Numbered from the stretch's first letter, positions 19,974 through 32,269 are shown. The stretch: DNA of 64,000 nucleotides from an uncultured Candidatus Rokubacteria bacterium (GCA_963754315.1 CAVWFS010000008.1:544001-608000), one strand, 5' to 3'. Program-made: numbers and translations. The notes: generated by a model not told the origin, from the letters alone.

Positions 19974-21320
19974 ATGCAGATCGACTCGCCAATGGTGGTT
20001 GCCACTCAGAATCCTGCCGCGGACCTGGATCGGCTGGGCGATGAGATCGCCGAGCTGTCGGCGCATCTCGAAGCCGCCACGGCTCGCCTCCTCGATCTGA
20101 TTCGCGAGTTCGACACGCGGGGCGGCTGGAACACCGGCTTCAGTTCCTGCGCCGCCTGGCTGAGCTGGCGCGTCGGCCTCGATCCAGGTGCCGCCCGGGA
20201 GCGCGTTCGGGTCGCCCGCGCGCTGGAGACACTCCCACTGCTCGCCCAGGCCCTGGCTCGCGGCGAGCTGTCCTACGCCAAGGTCCGGGCGCTGACTCGG
20301 GTGGCCACGCCGGAGACCGAAGCGCGCCTGCTGGCGGTGGGGCGCGCGGGCACGGCCGATCACGTGGAGCGCATCGTGCGGGGCTGGCGGCGCGTGGACC
20401 GGCTGGCCGAGGCACGGGAAGCGGCACGGCAGCACAAGAGCCGTGCGCTGCATGTGTTCCAGGACGAGGACGGCATGGTGGTGCTCCGAGGACGGTTGGA
20501 GCCGGAAGCCGGAGCGCTGCTTTTAAAGGCGCTGGCCGCCGCGCGCGAGAAGCTATATCAGCGGGCCCGCGCCGACGAGACGGGCCCCGCCTGAACGATC
20601 CGGCGGTGGAGCCTCCAACCATGGCCCAGCAGCAGGCCGACGCCCTGTCCTTGCTCGCGGAGACGCGCGCTGCACCACGAACTGGATCCGGGCGCGCCGG
20701 GCGAGCGCTACCAGGTGGTGGTCCACGTCGATGCGGCGGCGCTCGCGGACCCCGATCAGGCCGGGCAGTCGGTCCTCGAGGACGGCGTGCGCGTTTCTGC
20801 GGAAACGTCTCGCCGCCTGGCGTGCGACGCGAGCCGGGTGGTGATGCGCCATGACGAGGAGGGGCGCCTGCTGGACGTCGGGGCGCGGACGCGGACGATT
20901 CCGCCGGCGCTGCGGCGCGCGCTTCACCAGCGGGATCGCGGCTGCCGCTTCCCGGGCTGCGGCGGCCGCTTCACGCAGGGGCATCACATTCGTCACTGGG
21001 CGCAGGGGGGCCCGACCACGCTCTCGAACCTGGCCCTGCTCTGTCGACGGCATCACCGCGCGGTGCACGAGGAGGGCTACGAGGTCGCGCGCGAGCCCGA
21101 CGGCGCCCTCTGCTTCCGGCGACCGGACGGTCGGCTCCTGCCCGAGGTGCCGCCGCCAACTCCGGTGCCTGCCGATCCGGTCAATGTGCTCCGGACGCAG
21201 CACGACGCACAGGGGGTTCGTCTCCACGCACAGACGCTGACCGCCGGCTGGCTCGGAGAGCGCCTGGATGTAGGCTGGGCGATCGACGTCCTGCATCCTC
21301 TCGCCCTTGCGGTGACGGGC
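19974..21320 (+). pseudogene. DUF222 / HNH endonuclease (13E12-repeat-like), interrupted by two frameshifts (~20590 and ~20665); end approximate
   Basis: Segments in three successive frames: IAELSAHLEAATARLL..IREFD..GGW..SCAAWL; QQQADALSLLAET; RRLACDAS...RDRGCRFPGC...HHIRHW...NLALLCRRHHRAVH. Confidence 0.8.
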
Positions 21321-21342
21321 CATGTTGTTGAGAGCGAGTCAC

Positions 21343-21714
21343 TTAGGGGCGAGGATCAGGGTAAACCCAGGCGACCTCGTCGCGGGCGACACGCGCGAAC
21401 CGGATTCCGGACTCGGTCAGCGCCTGCCACTCGCGCTCGGTATAGACGAGCACATCTGCCGGCACCGGCAGTCGCGTGAGGTCCCAATCGGCGGCCCTCC
21501 GGATGAACGGTGTGGCCGATTCCCGCACGACGAGAATAACGTCGAGGTCGCTGCCAACCCCCCAGTCGCCGCGCGCGTATGAGCCGAAGTAGCCCACTCG
21601 AAGGAGATCGGGTCTGGCGACGCCGGCTCGCCCCGCCCAGTCGCTCAAGGCGCGGATGACCGTGGTCTTGTCAGGCCAGGTGAAGACGGACGAACTCAAC
21701 GATCTCGCCGGCAA
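21343..21714 (-). CDS. Minimal nucleotidyltransferase (MNT), HEPN/MNT antitoxin-like, copy A
   Basis: GYFGSYARGDWGVGSDLDV (GSx10DxD motif), PADVLVYTERE; TTG start. Confidence 0.85.
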   Translation of the reverse strand: MPARSLSSSVFTWPDKTTVIRALSDWAGRAGVARPDLLRVGYFGSYARGDWGVGSDLDVILVVRESATPFIRRAADWDLTRLPVPADVLVYTEREWQALTESGIRFARVARDEVAWVYPDPRP

Positions 21715-22283
21715 ATTGCAGGGCCTCCTCACTCTGGATAGGGCCGTAGTGCTCGAACGGCGCGCCCTCAGGATACGCGCCCCTTCGCGAGTGCGTCCAT
21801 TTCGTTCAGGACGTCTCGTCAGCCTGAGGGCGCGAAGCCGTGGGCCTGCATGGCGCGCCGGTACGCGACGGCCAGCGCGTCGAACGTCAAGTGGAGCTCA
21901 TCGGCCAGATCGAACGGCACCTGCTCCGGGCGCTGTGATTCGACCACGCGCTGGTCCTGGTCGAAGATGGTGCGCTCGAACGCTTGCATGACCTCGTCGG
22001 GCTGGTCGAGGTTGTAGTTGCGGGCAACGAGGCAGTAGCCGACGCAGGAGTCCTCGGCAACCGGCTGTGAGGCAAAGAAGTAGAGCATTTTCTCGTCCCC
22101 ACCCCAGTCGATGTGCTCGACGATCGTGTAGGGCAGGTGCAGGGCATAGCGCGTGGTGCGCGTGGGCGCCTTCCGCTCCTCGGCTGCGAACACGGGAAAA
22201 TCCTCGGTGTTCGGGGCATCCGGTCGCACGTACTCGTACCGGAGCACGTGTCCTTCCCGCTGGACCGAATAGGGCGCCACCAC
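21633..22283. repeat. Left copy of long direct repeat (651 bp) flanking the eCIS
   Basis: Matches 45585-46426 except 5 substitutions and a 191-bp deletion. Confidence 0.95.
21819..22283 (-). pseudogene. 3' fragment (154 codons) of the Rieske oxygenase gene at 45962-46978
   Basis: Translation identical to the C-terminus of the intact copy; lacks the Rieske cluster and the N-terminal part of the catalytic domain. Confidence 0.92.
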
Positions 22284-22296
22284 CGAGGCGAGCTGA

Positions 22297-24223
22297 TTAC
22301 GCGACGAGGCGTGGCCGCAGGGCGTTCAGAACGCTCCGCCGCAGACCCGGCACCTGCGCAAGGTCCTCCACGCTCCCATACGGACGATTCATGACAATGG
22401 CCCTGGCCAGCACGACGCCGATTCCCGACAGGGTCATGAGTTCCGCCTCGGTGGCGGTGTTGACGTTGACGATGGGGAGATCCGGGGGCGGCTGGCCGGC
22501 CGGGGCCCTCACGAGCCAGAACCAGGAGGGGACGGCTCGAGCATCGAAGGGGCTGCCGACACGTCAACCGCGCGAGAACCCGCGTGTCTCGGCCTACCCG
22601 ATCGAATAGGAGGGTCCCGAAGCCAGCTCGCGAGCCTGGGCTGCTGGCATCCAGAGAATCGCGCCGGCGACTGGTCTGCAGGGTGGCGTCGAGGACGAGC
22701 GGTCGGTAGCCGACAGCGCTGCTGCCCCAAAACTCCCTGTCCGGTGGGCTCAACGGAAATGGCAGCTCCAGCTCGACAAGATCGTCCTCGATTCACTAGA
22801 GCGGGAACGACGTCGCCGCCTACCTCCAGGCGCAGCCCACCAGCCAGTACCGCGGCTTGCATGACCTGGTCATTCTGCAAGGGCGCATTGTCCGCGATGC
22901 GCAACACATCAACGAACGAGGACCGGCTGGGCCAGCGCCGACGGGCAACCCGGTCAAGCTGGGAAGCGTCGACGGCAGTCCGATACGAATCCCCAGCCCA
23001 GCACGCCGCGACCGCAGGATCGCCAGGGCGCAGTAGTGATGGCGAATGCCGTGGCGTTCCTCCGCCGCCGGCTCGTCGTTGCCAACTGCCGGCCACAGGA
23101 CATCGCCGATGTTCGTTCGGGCGGGATGGTCCAATAATCGGCCGCTCAGGAACGGGCCGCGTAGCTCAATCTCCACGCCGGCCTCGAGGCGCATCCAGGC
23201 CCCGGCCTGGACGGAGATCGCGCCGGACGAGTCCCAGCGCCGTACCGTCGCCTGATCGGCCAGCACAGGCGGAGCACCACCCGGCCATTCCTCCACTATC
23301 AGCCGTTGCCGTCACTCGACTCAAGCGAACCAGCGACACCCGGCCGGCCGGTCAGCGACCCGCGTCTCATCACTGATCTCCACCCATTGGCCAGCGTCGA
23401 AGCCCAACAGACGATCCCGACCGGGATCGGAGACGGTCAGCGTCTGGCCATCGATGGCTAACACTCGGGACACCACAATTCCGTTGTCCTGCGACCACTT
23501 GAACGTGGAGCCGCCGGGGGCGTCGCTGCCATCATGGATCTCCACGCGGTAGAGCTGGTTTTCGAGCCGCCGATAGCCTGCCTGGGCCGGAACGATGCAC
23601 GGCTCGTCGCTCTCTGGATCAGGCACAGTCCGGGCCCGCAGGAAGCTAGGGGTGGCGGGGATCTCCCGTGGCTGCCAGCCGGGACCGAACTGCGCACACG
23701 TCGGCGGCGGATCCTCAGGGTCGGCCCGATCGATCCTTTCCAGTTCGACTCTCCAAGCGGTCTGAACGCGGGTGGCGGTGTCGGGGCCGCCGAGCGCCAC
23801 CTCGCGAATTTCGGGGTCTTCCAAAGCGGTGATGTGCCGCTGCCAGACGTCGAGATAGACCACGTAGAAGCCGGGCTCCCTGGGCAGTTGAAAGCCCGGC
23901 AGGTGCGGTTGCTCGGTAATGGGGATAGTCGCCTCGTTCTCGCAGAGAATGCCATCGACGTAGTAGCGGCCGCCGCCGACCCGCAACGTGCCCACCAGCC
24001 CCGGCGACGCCGAGATCGCGAAGCCGGCCCGCCCTTCGGGAGCCCCACTGGGCCCGATGACGTCCCGAAGCGTCGTCTCGTCCAGATAGCGCTGGATGTC
24101 GAGCTGCTCGTTCCACTCCGAGTCGAGCGGGGTGACCCGGCCCTGCTGAGTCTGGACGCCGCTGTAGTGCTTCGCCCGCCAGTGGCGATGCACGAAATCG
24201 AACCGGCTATAGTCGCCCTTCAT
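22297..24223 (-). pseudogene. DUF6519 protein (eCIS fibre/baseplate-associated) with C-terminal helix-hairpin-helix domain; multiple frameshifts
   Basis: MKGDYSRF...QQGRV..DSEWNEQ, GRYYVDGILCEN, YLDVWQRHITALEDPEIREVALGGPDTATR, ENQLYRVEIH, FKWS.DNG, HHYCALA; last frame reads SWFWLV...VNVNTATEAELMTLSGIGVVLARAIV.NRPY.SVEDL..VPG. Confidence 0.8.
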
Positions 24224-24277
24224 CGCCTCGTCCTTCGGTCGCCGAGCCTTGGCCCGCGTTCGACCGTTGCCCTTCGA

Positions 24278-26469
24278 TCAGGTGACGCGGATGAATCCGA
24301 TACCGAGACCGAACGGGGTGTATTCCTCGAGCGCCGCGCGCAGACTCGCCTCGCGCTGCGGCTGCTGCAAAGAGCTGAAAGCGCCCATCTCCGAGCCATT
24401 TTCCGCGCCGGTCCGAATAGCGTCTGGACACGTCTCGCCAAGCTGGGCGTATCCCGGCTCCATAGCGCACGGCGCTAAATGTCGGCTGCAGGCTGGTGGC
24501 GATCATCGCTCGTTCCGACACGGAGGCCTGCTCGAGGGCAAGATCTGGCTGACAGCGGTAGCGGCGTGGGGTGCGTGATCCCGTCGGCACGAAGCAGAAG
24601 CGCACGCAGCCGGTTGTCGCCGTTCGGCCACGGCGGGGCCGGTGAAGATGCTGTCGTCGGCGAAGAGCGTCTCCACCTGGGTGGTTCCCAAGATTGTGCT
24701 TCGCTGGAGCGCCACCACAGCCCCGGGCGCGCTGAGCGCTCTCCCTTCGGTGTCGCTGGGCTCGCCGCTACTCACGATCGAATCCACGACATGCAGATGG
24801 CGCACCCGATCGGGGAGCTCGATCGGGCCCGCGATGCATGCCACGATCCTCACGAGCAGCTGGTCGTTCGCCTCATGGGCTCGGAGCTGACCGGTCCCCG
24901 GCACCACCGTACAGTGATTGAGATGCAGGCTTCCCAGATTGCCAGCCAGGACGCGCAGGTCGCCTTCAAGGAGGAGGCCGTCGAGCAACAGGGCGCCGGG
25001 GTCTTCCGCTGGGCGGTTGCTGTTCCTCGGACTTGAAGGTTTCCGCGCAGGTGCGGTCGGGGACGGGGCCCGACCGTCTGCAGCTGGCCGATGACGCGCT
25101 GCAGGCCGGGCCCGTCGGGCACGCTCACGAGCGGCCACTCGGCGGCCACCATCAACAGGGTGCTCCCTGCGTGGATTTCGATGGTGCTCGCTCCAGTGAG
25201 ACTCTCCACGTAGCTGTCGCTGTCGTGAATCGCAATGACGCCGACCGTTCCTGCTGGCTGTGCGTTCCAGGCGGCCACCGCATCGGTCAACGTCACGAAG
25301 ATCTGCTCGTCTCCCACCGGTTCGAGCTCCCGGCCGACCGCCACCTGCCAGCTGATGGGCGCCGTGAGCGCGGCGAGCGAATCCCGGCGCTCGTATGGCC
25401 CACCGCCCATGTCCGCGCTGAAGCCGTACGCGTAGCTCACGGCGAGGCGCCCAGGCAGGTCCACACCGCTCAGAATCGCCAGCCGCCCCCGCGCGGGGTC
25501 CACGGCGACGCGCGTCCGAAAATCCGTGAGGTCGGCGCGTTGGAAGGCGCGGCTGGTGGGTGGATTCCAGCCCGTTTCCTCCCAACCACCGAGGTCGCAG
25601 ATCACGACCTCTTCTGGCGAAGCAGCCTGATCGTCCAGGAACACCTGCAGAACCGGCTCCTCACCCAGGTAGGCGCTGCGGTCACCGTTACCCCTGATCA
25701 CCGCGTCGCGATGGGCGGCCAGATCGTCGTAAAGCGCTCGGCGCCGCAGGGGACCGGGAACGTGGAGCTCCTCGGCCAGGTGCGCGATGGACGCTTCGCG
25801 CGGGGGGTGATTGAAAAGGGGCACCGGCTCGCCCAACGGGTTGAAGTGATAGCGCCTGTCCGGGGGATCGCTCACGGCGCGCGGCGCCCCGCGGGAGACG
25901 GGGTAACTCTGCAGGCGCCAGACGAATAGCCCAAGGTTGGGAATGTTGTAGCGGCCGTGGCCAGGCTCGATCCGCCGAACGTCCACGGTGTGCGCGGCGC
26001 GCTGAACGGCCCACCTAGCAGCTCCAGGTGATTCGTCTCGCGCAGGTCGGGGGTCCGCACATTGCTCAGTCGGACGTGATTCAGGTGCTGGGTGGTGGCG
26101 AGTCGCGCGAAGAACTCGACCACGCGCGCCGGCCAGCCGGTCACGTCGCGGGCGAGCTGTTCCAGCACGGCAGCAGTCCCTTTGCGACGACGGTAGGCGA
26201 GGGTGTTGGCGACGCAAGCACGTTGGCTGAACCCCTGAGGCCGGGCGACGTGCACCCCCCCCACCCGCAACAGGTCGCCGATATACGGCACCACCCACTC
26301 GTCGCAGGTCTCGATAAAGAGATTGCGATACAAGCCATCGATGTCGGCCTCGATGGCGCGGAGCTCCTGGTCGATCACCCCGAGCAGGGCGCGGAGTGGC
26401 CCGCCCTGCTGCCGGTCGCGCAGGCGATAGATCGCCGGGAGCGGCTCATAAAGCGGCGAGGCGACTCAT
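24278..26469 (-). pseudogene. eCIS baseplate wedge / phage tail protein (P2 gpI-like N-terminus), frameshifted
   Basis: LY.NLFIETCDEWVVPYIGDLL, VANTLAYRRRKGT.AVLEQLARDVTGW..RVVEFF, YNIPNLGLFVWRL, VDP.RGRL, PRRYRCQP, GAENGSEMGAF...EYTPFG spread over several frames. Confidence 0.75.
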
Positions 26470-29409
26470 GTCGTCATCACGGTCAACATGTCCCCGACGG
26501 GTTAATCAGCAGGAGTTCGGCAGGCAGGATTGTCAGTGGACCCGCGCCTGCGGGTCCTGACCAGCGCGCCGGCGCGGACAGACGGCTGGCCTTTGCAGGC
26601 GCATCGACAGATCGCGGTAGAGCCGATCGAGGTCAACGGCGACGACCCCTGGAGTCTCTTGAATGGCGGCGATCACTTCCCGGCTGTTACCGCCTGCCCG
26701 AAGGTGCGTCGCAAAAGGCGAATGCGGTCCGCAGGGCGCCCTCGGCGGCAGTGAAAACGTCGGCCGCGAGGTGGCGCGGATCGACCAGAACCTTGGCGGC
26801 CAGCCTGAAAGACCGCCGAACGTAGCTGCCCACAACCACTGGCATCACCGGATCGCGGACGCGTCAATGGCCTGGACCAGGTTGTGGTAGAGCGCCGACT
26901 GCGGGTCGACCGGGTCTCCGTTGGCGGCGGCGATGGTGATGGATACCAGGCGCCGCTCACCGTCCCGAGCGGCAACGCTTGCGGTTTACCGATACCGGCG
27001 AACGCTCGGGCGAAGTCCTCATAGTCCTGCAGCGACACGATGCGGCTGAGCGTGGTCACGCTCAGCGGGCATTGACACGAGCGTCAGTGAGCGACTCGGC
27101 GCGCCGCCGCCGGCGGCAGGGAGCGGGTTGGTGACCTCCCGCACACCGGCCGGTCGGGTCAGGAGCAGGGTGAGCCGCCCCTATTCCAGATTGCCCTCGA
27201 GCCCGAGCCCGCTGCGGTAGCGGGCTGTCACGTTCTGGCTTCCCGTGGGCAGCCGCGCACCGCGCTCACCATCGCCGAAGACGGGCTGTGCCGTGCCGTT
27301 CTCCTCATGGCGCACGATGTAGCGCTCTTCACGCGAACCAAGGTCATAGAGCGACGCCGCCTGATCCAGAGAACGCCATTCACGCGCAGCTCCAGCGTGC
27401 TCTCGGGCCGCTGGCCGACGCCGCCGAAACGTAGGTGAGTGGAGGCTTTCGGAGGATAAAGCGCTGGTGGGCGAGTGCAGCATCGCCGCTGCCCAGCACC
27501 TCCTGGACGCTCTCACCGTGAGTGGCCGGTGCGACGTTCGCATTGAGCCTCACCGAGCTCCGCACGTAGGCGTGCATCAGCCCTCGCTCGAAGTGCAACG
27601 TGGAACGGCCGACGAGCTGGCCGGCCTCGTCGACGAAGTGGTGGAAGATCTCGCCGGACGCCAGTAGCCGCTCGCCACGACACCGACCGCGTCAGCTTGC
27701 TCTCCACTTAGGACGACGAGTTGGCCGGCGCGCAGGTGCAGCGCTACCGTGTCGAGCGTGATCTCCGCGGCGTGAAGCGGGATCACGTCCTCCACTGGCA
27801 GCTCGGCCAGTTCCACCCGCTCGCTCTGGACGTGGGCAGTAGTCGTGCGAACCTTCCAGTCGGCGGGCTTGTCCGTACCGTCGTCGAGCGGGTACCGTTC
27901 GTGCAGGAGGTCAAGAGCCGTCGCCCGAGTGCTGAGGCCGAAGCCGACCACCGAACTTCCCAGGCGGCGCCGACCCGATAGGCCTGAAACACATTCGGGG
28001 CCCCGGGACGCCGTCGCTGCGCTGCCGTTCAAAGACCACCCAGCTCCCTTGACCGGCTCCGGGACCACCCACTCCAGGTACACGTCGGCCAGCCGGTACA
28101 AACTTGGCTGGTCCAGCGGCGGAGCATCGGGGGACTCCTTGCCGACAGAGTCGTGCCAGATGTCCCAGCCGTCCGGTCATCCCAATCGTATGGAAGCGGT
28201 CTCTTGACGAGCACGACGGCCGGAACGGGTAAGCTGCAATAGTCGGGGGCGTCGTGGCCGAAGAAGCCGACCCGCTCGCGGAAGGCGAAGACCTCCGATG
28301 GTGCGCTTGGCCTGGGGGAAGCGAGCAGGGCGGTGAATTGCGCCGGGCTCCAGGCGTTGGCACCCAGCACCGCCAACAGCTGCGGCTCGGACAGGGCGGT
28401 CTTGGCGAGCTGCGCCACCGCATGGGCACCCGTGAGCGTCGGCGGCACCGGCGGGGGTGCGAGCTGGAAAACCAGGGCCGCAGTGGCGACGAACGTTGGC
28501 GGCGTAGGCTCCGGCGTCGGAACGTCGAGCTGCACTTGGGTCTGATCCGGCTCAGGATAGGCCGTCACGGCGTGGACCGGCAGCACGAGCGTGGTGAGGG
28601 CCTGGTCCCTGACGCCGACGAAGAGGAGCCGATCGCCCGCGCGGAGCTGGCTCGTGCCGCTCTCGTCGGGGTCGGGTCGACAGGAGCGGCTTCGACAGGC
28701 GCGACCTGGCGTCGTCCAGCGCCGACGCGCGCCCTGGCCGACCGGGAATAGCAGATCGACGGCAGGGCCCGGCGGCCAGTGCCACCGGGCGCCGGCTCGC
28801 CGGGCAGCGAGTACCGAAAAAGACGGCCGTCGTGGATGGCGAGCCGCTGGGGTTGGGTCTGGCGCGGGCGCAGAGCATTCCATTCCTGCGCGCTTCGATC
28901 TCCTCGGTCGTCTCGAAGGTCTGGGGAAGCTGGCCTGGCCCGGGGATACTCTGGACCTTGGTGCCGATGGGCACGATGACGACAGGCGGGCGGCCGGCAG
29001 CGTCTCCAAGGTGAACGCCAGGAAGGTGCTGGCGGCGACGCCCGGGCCCAGCTCGTAGCCGATCGTCCGCGCCAACTCCAGGACCGAACGGCGCTCGGTG
29101 GCGGTGCGCAGGTAGCCCTCGTTGGCGATGCCGCTCCTGGTAGAAAGTCAGCACGTCGGCCACGGTGGCCCAGGCGTCGAGCAGGGCAATGGAGGGATCG
29201 TCGGTCGCGCGCGTCGTGAGCGGGCCAGTGGCCGGGCGCCCGCGTTGGGCTCGTCGGAAATGGTAGTGGGTCGCCAGGCGCGCGAGCATCCGGCGCAGGA
29301 AGGCCGGGTGGGTGCCGATGCGGTAGGCGAGCGCGGGCAGACCGGGCCGGTTGAATAGCTCCAGCGGCGGGACGCTGGCATCGCAGCAGCCGCAGGGATC
29401 CAGCTTCAC
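26466..29409 (-). pseudogene. Baseplate J-like assembly protein 2 (Afp11/12-like), heavily frameshifted
   Basis: CGCC...NRPGLPALAYRIGTH, TTRATDDPSIALLDAWATVADVLTFYQER, IGYEL.PGVAASTFLAF, ANVAPATHGESVQEVLGSGD, FGDG.RGARLPTG..NV.A.YRSG, RIVSLQDYEDFARAFAGI. Confidence 0.8.
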
Positions 29410-31908
29410 TCGGCGCCACCCTCCATGAAAAACTCGATCTGGCCGTTCTCCGGCGCGTTCGGGTCGTTGTCCAGCCGCGCGATCTCCAGCCGGTCGAAGA
29501 CGATGCGGCCGGCAGCCAGTTCGCCGCGCGGGCGTTGGCCCCAGCGCTGGAAGCGGTGCGCGGGCGCGGCGGGCGAAGAGTGCATCTGGCGCCGTCCTCT
29601 CGGCCAAGTCGATGACCGGACACCTGGCACGCGCATGGCCGTCGCCACGACCTGGCTGAGGTAGACCGGCTGGCCGAAGGTGAAGTTGTCCGGATGGAAG
29701 AAGCCGCGGCGGCCATCGGGCAGGTCGACCGCGCTGAAGATCTCGAGCAGGCGGCCTTCACGGCGTCGCGGAAATAGCCCGGCGCGACGCACACGGTCAG
29801 CGCGATGTCGAGCGGCACGAAGCGCGGCGCGTCGATCTCCAGATCGTGCCCGGCCAGCCGGAAGCGCTCCAGAAAGCCGCGCAGCTCGGTCTCGAAGGCG
29901 GCATCGACCGGACGTCCGCCTTTGCGATCGATGGTGATGAACATCGTGTGCCAGCTCCCGGTCCAGCGCCGGGTCGCCGCGGCCTTTTGCACCTCGGGGT
30001 GGCGCTCGGCCGCGGCGGCGTAGTCCGCCTCGGTGACGGCGCGCTCCTGCGTGCGAAAGGCCTGGGGGCGTAGAGCCGCACCTGCTCCAGCGGCTCGGGG
30101 TCGGTGCCTCCCTGGGCGGGCAGCGGGTTGCGGATGCCGACGATGCCGGTCTCGTGGTGACGACGTGGGCGATGCCCGCGCCTACATTGCCGGCGCGCCC
30201 GTTGCCGACCCGGTAGGTCGCCAGCAGACCGCCGGTCGGCCGCGGCCGAGCACGCCGTCGCCGAAGCGCAGCTGGGCGCGCCGGTTCTCGTCCATCTCGA
30301 CGACGAAATGGTGCGCGAACGATCGCTGTCAAGCAAGTCGCGCTGGGCAGCCACGTGTCGTCGGCGTGCGGAGACTCACCGCGGGCAGCGCCTCTCGCGG
30401 AGCCAGGGCAGGAGCCGCTGCGGCCCGGGACTGTGCTGCTGGTCGTAGGGCGCGTGGTGGGTCAGTCAGCCTCTCGAAGGGCCACCTGGCGTAGCCGGCC
30501 ATCCGGCGGCGGGGCCTCGGCACCAGCGGCTCGTCCAGAATCGTTCGCCCATGGTCGGCAAGCACGATGTTGCCGCGGGCAACGCTCGCGTCCCCCCCGG
30601 GCTGGCCCGCGATGGTCGCCGAGAGCAGAGCGGAAAGGGCAGCGCGTCAGCAGCCGCCCAGGCAATCTCGGTGACCGGCACGGGGTCGTCGACCGGCGGG
30701 AAAGGAACTGGCCGCCGAGGGGGTCTCGCGGCCAGGCGCACGTCGGTCAGGCGACGGCATGGCGATGCGCGGGGTCGGCATCGGCCGGCTGGCCGGTCGT
30801 CGCGCCCAGAACCTCCTCGAAGACCAGCACATCGCCGACCTGAAGGCCGCAGATGTGCCAGTCAGGGTGGCACGGGTCGCACCTTTCGGCAGGCAGCATC
30901 CGGAGCCCCAGGTGTAAAAGCGGATCGTATTGTGCTCCACGAGCAGCGTGACGGCGTGCAGCGTCTCGAAGACGACGGGGCCCGCGGCGAGCGCCGGTGG
31001 GCGTCGAGTCCGGCGCGATCAGCGTCGCCTGGCCGCGACGCGGGTGAGCAGGGGCGTGCCCTTCGCGGAGCAATGGTGAACAACGACGGTGCACGAGGTC
31101 GCCCTCACGCGCAGCTGCACCCAGGCGCGGGCGTTACAGCCGTCGTGCATGCGGTAGTCCAGCAGCCGGGCGTGGCGGCGCACGCGAGACGCGCTTGCGT
31201 GCCGTGCCCAGGTACGCCTCGGTGGCCACGGCGTCCTGGTAGTAGCTGAGGTGGTCGGCGGCGTAGGCCATCAACTCCACCAGGGCGATGCCCAGGTCCG
31301 CCGGGTTACGCTCGTTCCAGTCAGGCAACATCTCGGCCAGCCGGTCCAGCATCAGGCCGGCGGAAGCTGGCATAGTCGTTGGCCAGGTAGTCGATCTGCG
31401 GGTCGGCAACCGCCCGGGGGGCCGGGTGACTCGGCTTGCAGTCGAACTCCTGGGGCACTCCACCTTGAAGGAGAAGTCCACGCTGGGAGCAGCGGGTCGA
31501 AGTCTTCGCGGGCGTGTCGCTAGGGGCGCCCAGGCAGAGCCGGTAGGTGGAGAAGTCGCCGGCGGCGCGGTACGCACCACCAGAAGTCGCTCCGTCTCGG
31601 GCAGTGCTCCCGCAAAAATCGTGCTCGGCCGGGTTAATCCTCCCTTCGGCCAGGAGCCTTCCGGATCGGGGGCCGGCGCGCCCACACCACCTCGAGGTGC
31701 GAGCCGCACGCCCCCGGTGATGCGCACGTTGTCCGTGCCGAAGTCCACGGGCAGCGGCTTGAAGCAGCGCACCAGCAGCGTCTGCTGGCGCGACTGCCCG
31801 GCGGCGCCTCCCCGTCCAGCACCTCCAGGTAGTCGATGCCGTTCAAGCTGGCATGGCCACCACGGCCTGGCGGCGATGTTCATTGTTGCAGGCGTACCGC
31901 GGACCCAC
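29406..31908 (-). pseudogene. Baseplate J-like assembly protein 1 (Afp11-like), heavily frameshifted
   Basis: NGIDYLEV, DFSFKVECP, MLDRL...PDW.ERNPADLGIALVELMAYAADHLSYYQDAVATEAYLGTAR, YRVGNG.AGNVGA, RWTGSWHT.FIT.DR, FFHPDNFTFGQPVYLS, RLDNDPNAPENG. Confidence 0.8.
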
Positions 31909-31910
31909 GC

Positions 31911-32269
31911 TCAGACCTCACGAGAGAACTGCGCCACCTGGCGCTGCTGGGTGCGCCGCACGACGTACTGCACCGTCACCCGAAGGGTGGCCTCCTCGCT
32001 CTCGACCTCCACCGCCTCCACCTGGATCAGGTCGCCCAGCCACTGCTGCAGCGCCGCCTGCACGGTGAACTGGGCGGCCCCGGCCAGCTCGTCGCTGTTG
32101 GGCGCGAAGAGGAGCTGCAACAGGCCGGTGCCGAAGGTGGGGCGGTTGACGCGCTCGCCCGGCGTGGTGAAGAGCACCTGCTCGATGAGGTCGCGCACGT
32201 GGTCGTCATCGCCAGTGGCAGCAGTGCGCCCGCGTCCGTCAACATGGATGGAAAGTCGATCTGACTCAT
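31911..32269 (-). pseudogene. GPW/gp25 family baseplate protein, frameshifted near the 5' end
   Basis: MSQIDF..; DHVRDLIEQVLFTTPGERVNRPTFGTGL..LLFAPN...ALQQWLGDLI.V. Confidence 0.85.

Noticed and set aside
21819..22283. Rieske C-terminal fragment as an expressed last gene of the eCIS operon
   Set aside because: The GTG is an internal Val codon at the repeat edge, there is no SD, and the cofactor ligands are missing
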